A stretch of DNA of 64,000 bases from a virus, in IMG/VR virus record IMGVR_UViG_3300033545_000001, positions 32,001 through 96,000 of that record; one strand, given 5' to 3'. Below are positions 27,654 through 37,177 of the stretch, piece by piece; position 1 is the stretch's first letter, and each line of letters starts with the position of its first letter. The translations under genes and the position numbers were made by a program. The notes under the pieces were generated by a model. It was given only the letters and a program-made list of their open reading frames with translations. It was not told where the DNA came from and made no database searches.

Positions 27654-28477
27654 GTGAAGAGAAAATGCTTTCAGTGTCTTGGAGCAGACTGAAGACTTGG
27701 GAGCATTGCAAGCAGAAGGCGTGGCTTCAAAGCGGAGGATTCAAAAGTCCTACTGCCAATACCAGGGTATTTTTCAGGGGTACTGTAACTGACCGAATTC
27801 TTAGAACTTGGCTTCAGGATGAGAATAGGCAATCAGAGCAAATGCCCAGCATGGTTGAAGAGTACATAGAGCTCTGTGAGCAGGAGCACAAAGACCAAGG
27901 GACTGGTATTGTACGTTGGAAATCTCCAACAGACAAGCAGGAATCTGTAGAGTGGTGCAAAGATCTTCTTACTAATATAGAGCCAATTGTACAAGAGTTG
28001 GTAGTACCTTATCTGCCTGATGTGTATGCTGATAAGCATCTGAAAGCAAAGATTACTATTCCTGATCGTGAAGGTAATCCCAAGGAAATTCTCATGACAG
28101 GAATTCTTGACATTCTTATAGATTCTCCAGAATTCCTCGCAGTGTACGATTTGAAGGCTACAGCTGACGAATCATATTGGAAGAAGACTATCATGCAGTT
28201 GGTTTTCTATACTATTATGTTAGAAGCTTCTGGTTATAAGTCTCCTGACGCTACTGCCCTTATTCAGCCTATGTGCAAAGAGCAGATTAAGTATATTGAT
28301 ATTACTGATCAACACAGAATGGCTCTTATGCAGAAAATTGTTGCTTATGCACACAGTGTTTGGGCAGCTGATTTCTCCCCAAAAGAGAGTGACGCAGGCT
28401 GTTTGAACTGGTGCGAAATGGCTCATGCCTGTGTCAAATTTAAGAAGAATGAGAGCGGGCGACTGAATTGGGTATAG
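27650..28477 (+). CDS. PD-(D/E)XK exonuclease (RecB/Cas4-like)
   Basis: SWSRLKTWEHC, GILDIL, VYDLKA, QLVFY, C-terminal C..WC....C. Confidence 0.85.
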   Translation: MSEEKMLSVSWSRLKTWEHCKQKAWLQSGGFKSPTANTRVFFRGTVTDRILRTWLQDENRQSEQMPSMVEEYIELCEQEHKDQGTGIVRWKSPTDKQESVEWCKDLLTNIEPIVQELVVPYLPDVYADKHLKAKITIPDREGNPKEILMTGILDILIDSPEFLAVYDLKATADESYWKKTIMQLVFYTIMLEASGYKSPDATALIQPMCKEQIKYIDITDQHRMALMQKIVAYAHSVWAADFSPKESDAGCLNWCEMAHACVKFKKNESGRLNWV

Positions 28478-28707
28478 AGTCCAGAGTTCAAAGTCTGAAG
28501 AATCAGCATGCTCAGGCACTTGATAAGAAGTACAAGGCGGAGGCTCACAAGGATGCTGCTGAGGCAGCTAAAAATGAGGCTCTGAGCCTGCTGAAGGAGA
28601 CTTGGGGCATTGATACCTTGGATGAGGCTAGAACTCTCATAAGGGAAAAGCATCGGGCTCTAGAGGCCCTTCTAGAGGAAGCGGAGGCGCAACTGAAGAA
28701 TGCCTGA
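28468..28707 (+). CDS. Small coiled-coil protein
   Basis: Heptad repeats, coupled ORF. Confidence 0.65.
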   Translation: MGIESRVQSLKNQHAQALDKKYKAEAHKDAAEAAKNEALSLLKETWGIDTLDEARTLIREKHRALEALLEEAEAQLKNA

Positions 28708-29812
28708 AATTCATGTACCTAAGCAAGTGCTAAAGTCTATTGTAGAAAGAGTTTCTGGGGCAGTTGCTACTTCAGGTGGAAATGTGGCTCTTCAGTGTTT
28801 TCATTTCAATGTGACTCCCCAGGCTATTACTGTCACAGCGTCAGATCAATCTAATACTCTGATGGTGACAGAGCCTGGGGGGTTCGACTCCTCATTCGAA
28901 TTCATGGCTTTGGCATCTAAATTCAAGCCAATTGTCAGACAGGCAGCAGACGGGCTCATACAGCTTGGAGTGTCTAACAATACTTTGACAGTAGTAGCTG
29001 GAAATACAGCCTGGGATATTAGGATGCCCGCAGTTACATATCCTAAGATATCCAAGTCTTCTGAAGTAGGATGTGAAATTTCCGTACCAGTACTTCGTGA
29101 AGCTATAAAGGCTACACGCAAGTCTATAGCAGAAGATCCCCTAAGGCCATCATTAAGAATGCTGTCTATTAGAAAAGGTTATATGACAGCTTGTGACGGT
29201 TCTAGATTATCTCAGATATCTTTGGGAGAAGACTTTCCGAAGGATTTCACTACTTCAGTGCCGTTAAATTCTGTAGCTCTGTTGGCAGAGTTGGTTAAGG
29301 ATAATGAATTTGATGTTGTGAAGATGTCTACTATAGACAGTCACAACATATTTGAAGTTGGCAATATAAAGCTATTTGCAAAGAAGTTAACTAACGATTT
29401 CCCCAATGTAGAGCAGTTAATGCTTCGTCCAGCTCTTGAGAATAAGCAAGAGCTGCTAGTAGATAGATTAGAGCTTATCAAGGCTATTGACAGAGTTCGT
29501 ATCAATGCAGATATAGAGACTGACGCCATGGGACTTTCTCTATCTGCGAAGAGTATTGCTGTGGCTTCTAGAGATAAAGATGGAAACAGTAGCACTGAGA
29601 TTATTCCTTCTAGTTGGATGGGCAAGGATAGAGTTTTAGTAGTTAATCATAAGTATTTGACAGCTTTAGTACGAGGAATATCTTCAGACGAGTGTCACTT
29701 CATGCTGGGGGAAGATACTAAGTCTAGAAAATCAGTACTTCTACTTAAAGATGAAGAGAGAGGCTTCAATGGGGTCATTCCACAGTTCTCAGGAACTGTC
29801 AAGATATTTTGA
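28700..29812 (+). CDS. dnaN: DNA polymerase III beta sliding clamp-like protein
   Basis: 370 aa; TASD, ACDGSRLS, FPNVEQL, VNHKYL, GVIP patterns. Confidence 0.85.
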   Translation: MPEIHVPKQVLKSIVERVSGAVATSGGNVALQCFHFNVTPQAITVTASDQSNTLMVTEPGGFDSSFEFMALASKFKPIVRQAADGLIQLGVSNNTLTVVAGNTAWDIRMPAVTYPKISKSSEVGCEISVPVLREAIKATRKSIAEDPLRPSLRMLSIRKGYMTACDGSRLSQISLGEDFPKDFTTSVPLNSVALLAELVKDNEFDVVKMSTIDSHNIFEVGNIKLFAKKLTNDFPNVEQLMLRPALENKQELLVDRLELIKAIDRVRINADIETDAMGLSLSAKSIAVASRDKDGNSSTEIIPSSWMGKDRVLVVNHKYLTALVRGISSDECHFMLGEDTKSRKSVLLLKDEERGFNGVIPQFSGTVKIF

Positions 29813-30428
29813 TGATAAGAAGAATAAACTAGCTCAAGATATTGGAGCTGCTAAAGTAGTCATAGAACGCAAAGCTGAGTTGGATAAAGAAGTAGTTCAT
29901 CTCACTGAACTTGTTGCTATTTTAGAAAAAGCTGCTGGCGTTCTAGCTAAGATTGGCGAAGAACGCCAGCAGGAAGCTCAGAATCAGATAGAATCTTTAG
30001 TAACCCAAGGATTACAGAAGATATTCGGAGACCATTTAGCATTTAAAGTAGTTCAGTCAGTCAAAGGTAGGACTCCAGTAGTAGAGTTTGTTATTCAGAC
30101 AACTTTGACAGATGGTAAGATTCGTGAAACTGATATTCTCAGCGCCATGGGCGGAGGAGTGTCAGCTGTAACAGGATTCCTGCTTAGACTTGTAGTACTG
30201 CTTCTTGACAAATCTAGGAAAAGCTCTATACTGGTACTAGATGAGACCTTCGCACATGTGTCTGATGCTTACCTGCCAGCTCTGTCAGAGTTTCTTAGGG
30301 AAGTGGTAGACAAAGCGCAGGTCCAGATTATAATGGTAACTCATCAGCATATATTCTCAGAAGTTGCAGATAAGGCTTATAGGTTCTCTCTAGACTCTAA
30401 TGGCTTTACTGTAGCTAGACCTTTGTAG
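29769..30428 (+). CDS. SbcC/Rad50-like ATPase, C-terminal half
   Basis: Coiled coil, signature MGGG, Walker B LVLDE, H-loop MVTHQ. Confidence 0.85.
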   Translation: MGSFHSSQELSRYFDDKKNKLAQDIGAAKVVIERKAELDKEVVHLTELVAILEKAAGVLAKIGEERQQEAQNQIESLVTQGLQKIFGDHLAFKVVQSVKGRTPVVEFVIQTTLTDGKIRETDILSAMGGGVSAVTGFLLRLVVLLLDKSRKSSILVLDETFAHVSDAYLPALSEFLREVVDKAQVQIIMVTHQHIFSEVADKAYRFSLDSNGFTVARPL

Positions 30429-30459
30429 GTCGATTGTTTTAGTCTAGGGAAGAGGTTAA

Positions 30460-32631
30460 ATGGACAGTTCGCTAGCATTGAAGTATCGTCCCAAGACATT
30501 TGATGGAGTTGTAGGGCAAAAGGCTGTATCTCAATTACTCAAACTCATGGTTAGCAAGGGAGCAGTTCCCCAAACCATTCTTTTGACAGGCCCAAAAGGA
30601 TCTGGTAAGACGAGTACTGCTAGAGTACTGGGAGCTGCTCTTAATTGCGATTTTGAAGATGATTCCCCGTGTGGGAAATGTCCTTCCTGTGAGGCCGTGT
30701 TCGATGGCTCGTCTCTTGACTACCGAGAGATAGACGCGTCCACTAACGGCCTTGTAGGGGACATTAGAAGGCTCCAGGAGGAGCTTCTGTACCAGACTCC
30801 AGGCAAGTGTCAGGTAGTCGTCCTGGACGAAGCTATGTCTCTGGATACTCCCTTACCTACTCCCTATGGTTGGACTTCCATGGGAGAAGTCCAAGAGGGG
30901 GATGAGGTACTAGGAGCAAATGGGCTTCCTGTTAAGGTTCTAAGAAAGACAGAAGTATTTTATGGTAAAGATTGCTACTTAGTGACACTTCAGGATGGCT
31001 CAAGTGTAACAGTTAGTGGTAATCATCTGTGGAAGGTACGGAGACAGTGGGGTGCTCCTGAAGTTAGAACTACGGAAGACTTAGCCAAGTACAAAACTCG
31101 GCTCCAGGTTCCAAGGGCACAGCCGTGGGTATTACCAGAGAAGCACTTAACAGTACCCCCATACTTGCTAGGGCTGTGGCTAGGAGATGGTGACTCAAAT
31201 GCCGCACACATTTCAGGTTTGTTGGAAGACGTACTATTTTACCAGACGGTATTAAATACTTTGGGTATTGAGACTAAGTTACTTAGGACACAGGAAGGGA
31301 AAGCTTCTAGACTAAGTTTTGCAGGCCCTAATGGAACGGGGCAAGTAAGGCGCCAAATAAGGACAGAGAAAGGGAAGCAAAGATACGGAAAGCCAATAGG
31401 CTACGCATATCCTCTGCGCGACAAGGCTGGCGATAGTCAGTCTGCTGCGCTGAGAAGCCTACCCTGCTATGGGAATAAGCACATACCTGAAGAGTATTTA
31501 CGAGGAAGTTACAGTCAGCGCGTAGAGCTACTCCAGGGGCTTATGGATTCCGATGGGTATGTAGGCAAAGACAGGCACTGCACTTATGTTGGTAATGATG
31601 ACCTTACCCTAGGCGTGATGGAACTGCTGGTGAGTCTAGGTCAGACGTGCACAAGGCGATGGGTTCAAGATGACAGGAGTCTACTAGGAGGCTACTTCAA
31701 GGTAGAGTTTTCTACAAGGAATGGTTTAGTTCCAGTAAAGCTTCCTAGAAAGGTAGTCAGGGTAGGGGACACTACAGATTGCTCAGAGTGGGTTAGCATA
31801 AAGTCCATAGAGCGCATAGAGTCTGTACCGGTGCAGTGCCTAGAGGTCGATAGCGAGGACCACCTTTTCCTGGCAGGATTATCAGGCACCGTAACACACA
31901 ACTGTCACGGCCTTAGCTCGGCTGCTGCCAATGCTCTTCTGAAGACACTGGAGGAAGCTCCTGAAGGAGTTGTTTTCGTTCTTGTGAGTACTGAGCCTGA
32001 AAAGATCATGTCTACCATTAGAAGTAGATGCATGACATTTCAATTTCGTAGAGTAGCTCCAGATATTATTGCTAAAAGGCTGTATGAAGTGAATCAGGCT
32101 GAGAAGTTAGATGTATCTACTGATGTGCTTGTCGCCATTGCTGATAGAGTTGATGGAGCGCTCAGGGATGCACTTATGCTTCTTGATCAAATCAGTAGGG
32201 CCGGAATATCAGATGTTACTTCGTTCAATTCGTTGTTCGGAACTCCTGATTTCGCGCCTCAACTTATTTCAGCGATGGAATCTGGCGACTTTGTAAGATC
32301 ATTTGATATATTGGATGATCATATTGCCATTACAGGTAATCCTTCAGCAGTACTTAACTCTGTAGTTGCTGCATTAAGAGATATAATGGTAATTCAAGGT
32401 GGTGGAAAGACTACTTTAAGATCCTCAGCTTTGAAATCTCGTACAGAACTGTCTAAAAGAATTTCAGCTATGAAACTAATGGCTGCCATGAGAGTCTTAT
32501 GGGATCTAAAGGTAAAGCTCAGAGTAGGAGAAGATTCTACGTCTGCTCTGAGTCTAGCTGTGACTATGATGATTTCAGTACTAGCAGATGAGAGTACATT
32601 AGTTCGAGAGAAAGTAAATGTAAGTGTCTGA
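30460..32631 (+). CDS. dnaX: DNA polymerase III gamma/tau clamp loader, intein-containing
   Basis: LALKYRPKTF, GPKGSGKTS, zinc module, VLDE|CHGLS..AANALLKTLEE, TIRSRC. Confidence 0.93.
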   Translation: MDSSLALKYRPKTFDGVVGQKAVSQLLKLMVSKGAVPQTILLTGPKGSGKTSTARVLGAALNCDFEDDSPCGKCPSCEAVFDGSSLDYREIDASTNGLVGDIRRLQEELLYQTPGKCQVVVLDEAMSLDTPLPTPYGWTSMGEVQEGDEVLGANGLPVKVLRKTEVFYGKDCYLVTLQDGSSVTVSGNHLWKVRRQWGAPEVRTTEDLAKYKTRLQVPRAQPWVLPEKHLTVPPYLLGLWLGDGDSNAAHISGLLEDVLFYQTVLNTLGIETKLLRTQEGKASRLSFAGPNGTGQVRRQIRTEKGKQRYGKPIGYAYPLRDKAGDSQSAALRSLPCYGNKHIPEEYLRGSYSQRVELLQGLMDSDGYVGKDRHCTYVGNDDLTLGVMELLVSLGQTCTRRWVQDDRSLLGGYFKVEFSTRNGLVPVKLPRKVVRVGDTTDCSEWVSIKSIERIESVPVQCLEVDSEDHLFLAGLSGTVTHNCHGLSSAAANALLKTLEEAPEGVVFVLVSTEPEKIMSTIRSRCMTFQFRRVAPDIIAKRLYEVNQAEKLDVSTDVLVAIADRVDGALRDALMLLDQISRAGISDVTSFNSLFGTPDFAPQLISAMESGDFVRSFDILDDHIAITGNPSAVLNSVVAALRDIMVIQGGGKTTLRSSALKSRTELSKRISAMKLMAAMRVLWDLKVKLRVGEDSTSALSLAVTMMISVLADESTLVREKVNVSV
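30832..31902 (+). mobile_element. Class 3 intein with LAGLIDADG endonuclease in DnaX
   Basis: Starts Ala (AMSLDTPLPTP), HLW, VQC, ends THN/C; LGLWLGDG and LQGLMDSDG. Confidence 0.9.
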
Positions 32632-33292
32632 TCTTCTTACCATAATCCCCACTAGGGGTCGCCCACATGTAATTATGAGTCTGTGGGAATCTTTTGTGAA
32701 TAATTCACAGGCATCGGACTTGATTCTGGCTCTAGATGATGATGATCCAACTCTTTCAGAGTATATGCTAATTGCTGAAAAGTGCTCTATAGATGTGAGA
32801 GTTGGGCAACGTTTAAGGTTGGGAGGAACTCTTAACTCTGTGGCACTGGAGTATTGTGACAAGTATCTTTATTTGGGATTTATGGGCGATGACCATAGGC
32901 CTAGAACTTTAGGCTGGGATGTAAATTATACAGAGGCACTACAGTCTAATCTGTTCGTATATGGCAATGATCTTCTCCAAAGTGAGAATCTTCCTACTCA
33001 GATAGCTATGAGTTCTTCTGTGGTAAAGACTTTGGGGTATATGAGCCCTCCAATTCTTATCCACATGTTTATAGATAATGCTTGGAAGGCATGGGGCGAT
33101 GGTACAGGAAGTATGAAGTACCTGCCTAATGTAGTAGTAGAGCATCTACATCCTGCTGCTGGGAAAGCTTCTACAGATACCAGGTATGATGAAGTATGGG
33201 CATACATGGATCCTGACTCAAAAAAGTGGCAGGAGTATAATGACTCTGGAGATCTAGAGTCTGACATAGATAAACTGCGAGGATTGCTATGA
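32624..33292 (+). CDS. Glycosyltransferase, GT-A/GT2-like
   Basis: IIPTRGRP, ALDDDD, FMGDD, EHLHP. Confidence 0.82.
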   Translation: MSDLLTIIPTRGRPHVIMSLWESFVNNSQASDLILALDDDDPTLSEYMLIAEKCSIDVRVGQRLRLGGTLNSVALEYCDKYLYLGFMGDDHRPRTLGWDVNYTEALQSNLFVYGNDLLQSENLPTQIAMSSSVVKTLGYMSPPILIHMFIDNAWKAWGDGTGSMKYLPNVVVEHLHPAAGKASTDTRYDEVWAYMDPDSKKWQEYNDSGDLESDIDKLRGLL

Positions 33293-33864
33293 CAGAGATA
33301 AGATTTTTTGATGAAGGAGTGGTCCCAGAGTGGACCACTCCTGAGTGGTATGCTGGAAGGGAAACAGCTCCTCATCTAGAACAGGATGGGCATAGAGAGC
33401 GTTTATTGGCTACAGCTGACATTATCAATACGCTCAAGCCAAAGTCTGTAGTAGATTTGGGAGCTGGAGATGGAGGCTTATTGTCTCAGCTAGAGTGCGA
33501 CAATAAGTGGGGGTATGATTTGCAGCAGACGAATGTGGACGTTGCTTGGAGTAATAGGCACGTGGATGTGAGACTACGGGACGTAGTCACTCATGGAGAT
33601 TTCATTACCTGGGGAGATTTAGCAGTTGCTACAGAGATGTTGGAACATCTTATTGACCCTCATGGATTCGTACGGTGGGTATATGGCCATGCCAAGTATT
33701 TTGTGGCTTCAAGTCCATGGCATGAAGTAGATGGTCCTCATTACGAGTTTCACACATGGGCCTGGGATATGGAAGGATTTAGAGCCATGTTCGAGTCAGC
33801 AGGATTCAAAGTATCTCAGCATGTCAAAGTTCAAGGCGCTCAGATAATAGTAGGCGTAAAGTGA
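33289..33864 (+). CDS. Class I SAM-dependent methyltransferase
   Basis: VVDLGAGDGGL, TEMLEHLIDP. Confidence 0.85.
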   Translation: MTEIRFFDEGVVPEWTTPEWYAGRETAPHLEQDGHRERLLATADIINTLKPKSVVDLGAGDGGLLSQLECDNKWGYDLQQTNVDVAWSNRHVDVRLRDVVTHGDFITWGDLAVATEMLEHLIDPHGFVRWVYGHAKYFVASSPWHEVDGPHYEFHTWAWDMEGFRAMFESAGFKVSQHVKVQGAQIIVGVK

Positions 33865-34736
33865 AGTCTGTACTGATTACAGGTTCTTCAGGATTTGTTG
33901 GACGCCACTTCATCAAGAAGCTGGAAGATGACAATGAGCTGCATCTTATAGATATTAAAGATGGTCAGGATGCCAGAGACTACTTCAGGTTTTCAGATAA
34001 GAGATATGACCTGGTAATTCACTTGGCGGCTGTTGTGGGAGGCCGAGAAACTATTGAGAGAGAGCCTCTTAAAGTAGCTGTAGATCTTTCTATTGATGCT
34101 GAAATGTTCCAGTGGGCTTTGCGTACTAAGCCTAGCAGAGTAGTATATTTCAGTTCTTCAGCAGCATATCCAATATCTTACCAGTCATTGTATAGAAGAA
34201 CTAGTCTATGGGAAGATGCAATAGATCTTAACAGTATAATGTCTCCAGATATGACGTATGGATTTGCAAAATTGGCTGGAGAATATCAAGCTAAATTCTT
34301 AGCAGAGGCTGGCATAAATACTCATGTATTCAGGCCTTTCTCAGGATATGGAGAGGATCAGGATTTGTCTTATCCATTCCCCTCATTTATAGCTAGAGGC
34401 GCTAGAAGAGAAGATCCGTTTCCCATTTGGGGTGATGGCAATGCTTGCAGAGATTTTATTCATATTGATGATATAGTAGATGCTGTGCTTAAGGCAATAG
34501 ATGAGGATATACGCGTGCCCGTTAACCTAGGGACTGGTATAGCTACTTCTTTCAATTCTCTAGCTTCCACAGTAGCTGAACAAGTAGGCTATAGTCCTCA
34601 GTTTGAGCATTTGCTAGACAAGCCAGTAGGAGTAGAGTACAGAGTGTGTACTAGCGAACTTATGAGATCATTCTATACTCCTAAGATTAGTCTTGAAGAA
34701 GGAGTAGCTAGATCCTTGAGAGCTTCTGGTGTATAG
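33861..34736 (+). CDS. NAD-dependent nucleotide-sugar epimerase/dehydratase
   Basis: ITGSSGFVG, HLAA, SS.A.Y, YGFAK, RDFIHIDD, NLGTG. Confidence 0.92.
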   Translation: MKSVLITGSSGFVGRHFIKKLEDDNELHLIDIKDGQDARDYFRFSDKRYDLVIHLAAVVGGRETIEREPLKVAVDLSIDAEMFQWALRTKPSRVVYFSSSAAYPISYQSLYRRTSLWEDAIDLNSIMSPDMTYGFAKLAGEYQAKFLAEAGINTHVFRPFSGYGEDQDLSYPFPSFIARGARREDPFPIWGDGNACRDFIHIDDIVDAVLKAIDEDIRVPVNLGTGIATSFNSLASTVAEQVGYSPQFEHLLDKPVGVEYRVCTSELMRSFYTPKISLEEGVARSLRASGV

Positions 34737-35448
34737 CGTAGTATTTACCTGCTACAACAGGCCAGAATTCCTTAAAGAGACGTTGGATTCTTGGGCTAAT
34801 GTCAGAGGTATAGAATCTTGGCGAAAATGGATATTTGTAGAGCCTAGTGATCGTAGAGATGAAGTACTCAGACTTATAGATAAAAGTCCTTTAGACTTTA
34901 CTGTAGTGCTTAATGAGTGGAAATTTGGCGTATTGCACAATCCTTGGGTGGCTTTAGACACAGCATTTTATAACGGGTCAGATTTCGCAGTGCTGGCTGA
35001 AGATGATATTATTGTCAGCACTGATACTGTAGAATATTTCACGTCCGCTAGCTCGATGTATAGTCCAGAAGAATTACTTGGAGTATCTGCCTTCACGTCT
35101 AACCTATCAGGAGACGACAGAAAACTAGTCAGGGCTCCTACTTTTGGCGGCTTAGTGTGGGGTGTATGGAAGAAATCATGGTATGATCATCTTAGGGATA
35201 CTTGGGACCACGATTACTCCACTCATAATGGCATTCCTGGAGAACAGTCAGGATGGGATTGGAATATAAGTACACGTATAATGCCTCAGCTTGGCAAAAG
35301 ATTCATATCTCCCGATGTAAGCAGATCAAGGCATATTGGACGCTATGGAATGCATATAACTGTGCAAGACTTTGACAGTATATCTCCAAGTCCTAGTTTT
35401 GTATTGGATAGATCTCCAATAGAATACTATGATGGAGGTGATTATTAA
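34729..35448 (+). CDS. Glycosyltransferase, GT-A fold
   Basis: TCYNRPEFL, LAEDD, GWDW, SRSRHIG. Confidence 0.8.
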   Translation: MYSVVFTCYNRPEFLKETLDSWANVRGIESWRKWIFVEPSDRRDEVLRLIDKSPLDFTVVLNEWKFGVLHNPWVALDTAFYNGSDFAVLAEDDIIVSTDTVEYFTSASSMYSPEELLGVSAFTSNLSGDDRKLVRAPTFGGLVWGVWKKSWYDHLRDTWDHDYSTHNGIPGEQSGWDWNISTRIMPQLGKRFISPDVSRSRHIGRYGMHITVQDFDSISPSPSFVLDRSPIEYYDGGDY

Positions 35449-36002
35449 TGAAATGGTCAATTTTGATATTGACTCAGGTATCTAGAGAAAAGTATTTACA
35501 TTATCTATTGCAAACTCTTGAACCTCAAGTAGAGCAGTACTCTGACCAGGTAGAGCTTATCATTAGATATTGTGATAGTAGAATGTCTGTAGGAGACAAT
35601 CGCCAGACTATGAGAGAGCAAGCCAAAGGCGAATACTCTAATTTTATAGATGATGACGATCTTGTTTCTACTGCTTACGTCAGAGATCTATTACCTTTGA
35701 TGGATGGAGTAGATTTCATAGGCCATAGAATTAGCAGATATGATGATGAAGTATTTACAGGAGAGTATGAGCACTCTCTAAGACATAAAGGATCTTCAAG
35801 TCCCCACTCTACTCCTCATGTCAATCCTACTAAAACAGAACTAGCCCTTAAAGTTCCAATGTCTGGAGGCTATGGGGAAGATAGGCGTTGGTGGTATGAG
35901 CTTATGGACAGTAATCTCATAGTAACAGAGAATTACTTAGATGAAGTAGAGTACTCATATTATTATAGATCCAATAAGTCTGATGGTGTAGCCACAAGTT
36001 AA
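35448..36002 (+). CDS. Glycosyltransferase, GT2-like
   Basis: WSILI, AKGEYSNFIDDDD, GED. Confidence 0.82.
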   Translation: MKWSILILTQVSREKYLHYLLQTLEPQVEQYSDQVELIIRYCDSRMSVGDNRQTMREQAKGEYSNFIDDDDLVSTAYVRDLLPLMDGVDFIGHRISRYDDEVFTGEYEHSLRHKGSSSPHSTPHVNPTKTELALKVPMSGGYGEDRRWWYELMDSNLIVTENYLDEVEYSYYYRSNKSDGVATS

Positions 36003-36009
36003 TAATAAT

Positions 36010-36044
36010 CCGATTGTCCTCCATAGAAACGTTTCTATGGAGGA
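36010..36044 (+). promoter_or_regulatory. Putative late promoter CCGAT plus 28-bp palindrome covering the RBS
   Basis: CCGATTG then TCCTCCATAGAAACGTTTCTATGGAGGA, which contains the GGAGGA RBS. Confidence 0.65.
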
Positions 36045-36050
36045 TTTGTC

Positions 36051-36809
36051 GTGTCTGGATTAGATATAGTCGAGTTGGCAGCCGCAGCTGCTTTAACTCC
36101 TACTCAAGCCGTAAGGCTTCAGACTCTTGATGATTACCCATCTTCTGTCATTGGTTGGATGTCCAAACTTCCCTGGGATTGGCCCCATGCTGTTCCACTA
36201 GACAAGATAGATTTCTCCAATAAGGCCAGTTGGAATGCCCAGGCTAATCAAGATAAGATTGAGCATTTCAAGAAGAAGATTACTAAGGGTACCCTAAAGC
36301 CAGCTATACTTGTGATGCCAAAAGGCGAGACTAGGTATGTAGTAGTGGATGGCCATCACAGAGCTTTGACCTGCTTGGAATTGAATAGGCCTTTATTGTC
36401 TTGGACTGCTGATGCTCCGGAACATGACGGTCCTTGGGATGTAATGCATGATTCTCAGAAGCACGGGTCATCTATAAAGGCTTCTTACAGCGAGTCAGAG
36501 CAGATACTGAGACTGAATAGGGAAGGCACTTCTGTAGAGAAGGCCAGCACTGTTCAGCCAGTAGGCCCCAAGCCTCTTTGGCATAAAACCAAGCCAAAGC
36601 CTTGGCATTTACCAGCCTATATAGAGCATATTGCCAATGCTTTGATAGCTCATGGACATTCTGAGTCTGAAGCTATTCAGATAGCAGTAGGTGTAGTAAA
36701 GAGATGGGCTTCTGGAGGCGGAAAGGTAGATGCCAACACAAGGCAGGCTGCCCAGAAGGCTCTAGGAGAATGGAATGCCGAGAAAGCAGCTGCTCACGGG
36801 AGTAAGTAA
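36051..36809 (+). CDS. ParB/Srx-like domain protein, possibly head-associated
   Basis: KPAILV...VVVDGHHRA; separate C-terminal helical domain. Confidence 0.7.
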   Translation: MSGLDIVELAAAAALTPTQAVRLQTLDDYPSSVIGWMSKLPWDWPHAVPLDKIDFSNKASWNAQANQDKIEHFKKKITKGTLKPAILVMPKGETRYVVVDGHHRALTCLELNRPLLSWTADAPEHDGPWDVMHDSQKHGSSIKASYSESEQILRLNREGTSVEKASTVQPVGPKPLWHKTKPKPWHLPAYIEHIANALIAHGHSESEAIQIAVGVVKRWASGGGKVDANTRQAAQKALGEWNAEKAAAHGSK

Positions 36810-37177
36810 TGATTGATGTAGTTACAACATATCCTATTACGTTTGAGCAGGGAACGCCTTATCAATATACTTATATTTGGTCTACTAACGGGTCAGTAAA
36901 TGATCTTACAGGCTATACAGCTCGTATGCATATAGTTACCGATCTTGTTAATAAAGTTCCCATCTTAACACTAACTTCTGATGGCACAACTGCTCCTAAT
37001 ACTTCCATAACTCTTGGAGGAACAGCAGGAACTGTTACTGTCAATTTAACTGATGCTGCCACTGCTGCTATGAATTACGATACTGGGTATTATGCTCTTC
37101 TTGTGCAATCTCCAGGAGGCGTCAATTACAAGCTTATGGAAGGCACTGTGACAGTTGCGCTAGGATTGAGCTACTAA
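36809..37177 (+). CDS. Probable virion structural protein (BppU N-terminal-like)
   Basis: EQG...DLTGYTARMHI...GTVTV pattern. Confidence 0.6.
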   Translation: MIDVVTTYPITFEQGTPYQYTYIWSTNGSVNDLTGYTARMHIVTDLVNKVPILTLTSDGTTAPNTSITLGGTAGTVTVNLTDAATAAMNYDTGYYALLVQSPGGVNYKLMEGTVTVALGLSY

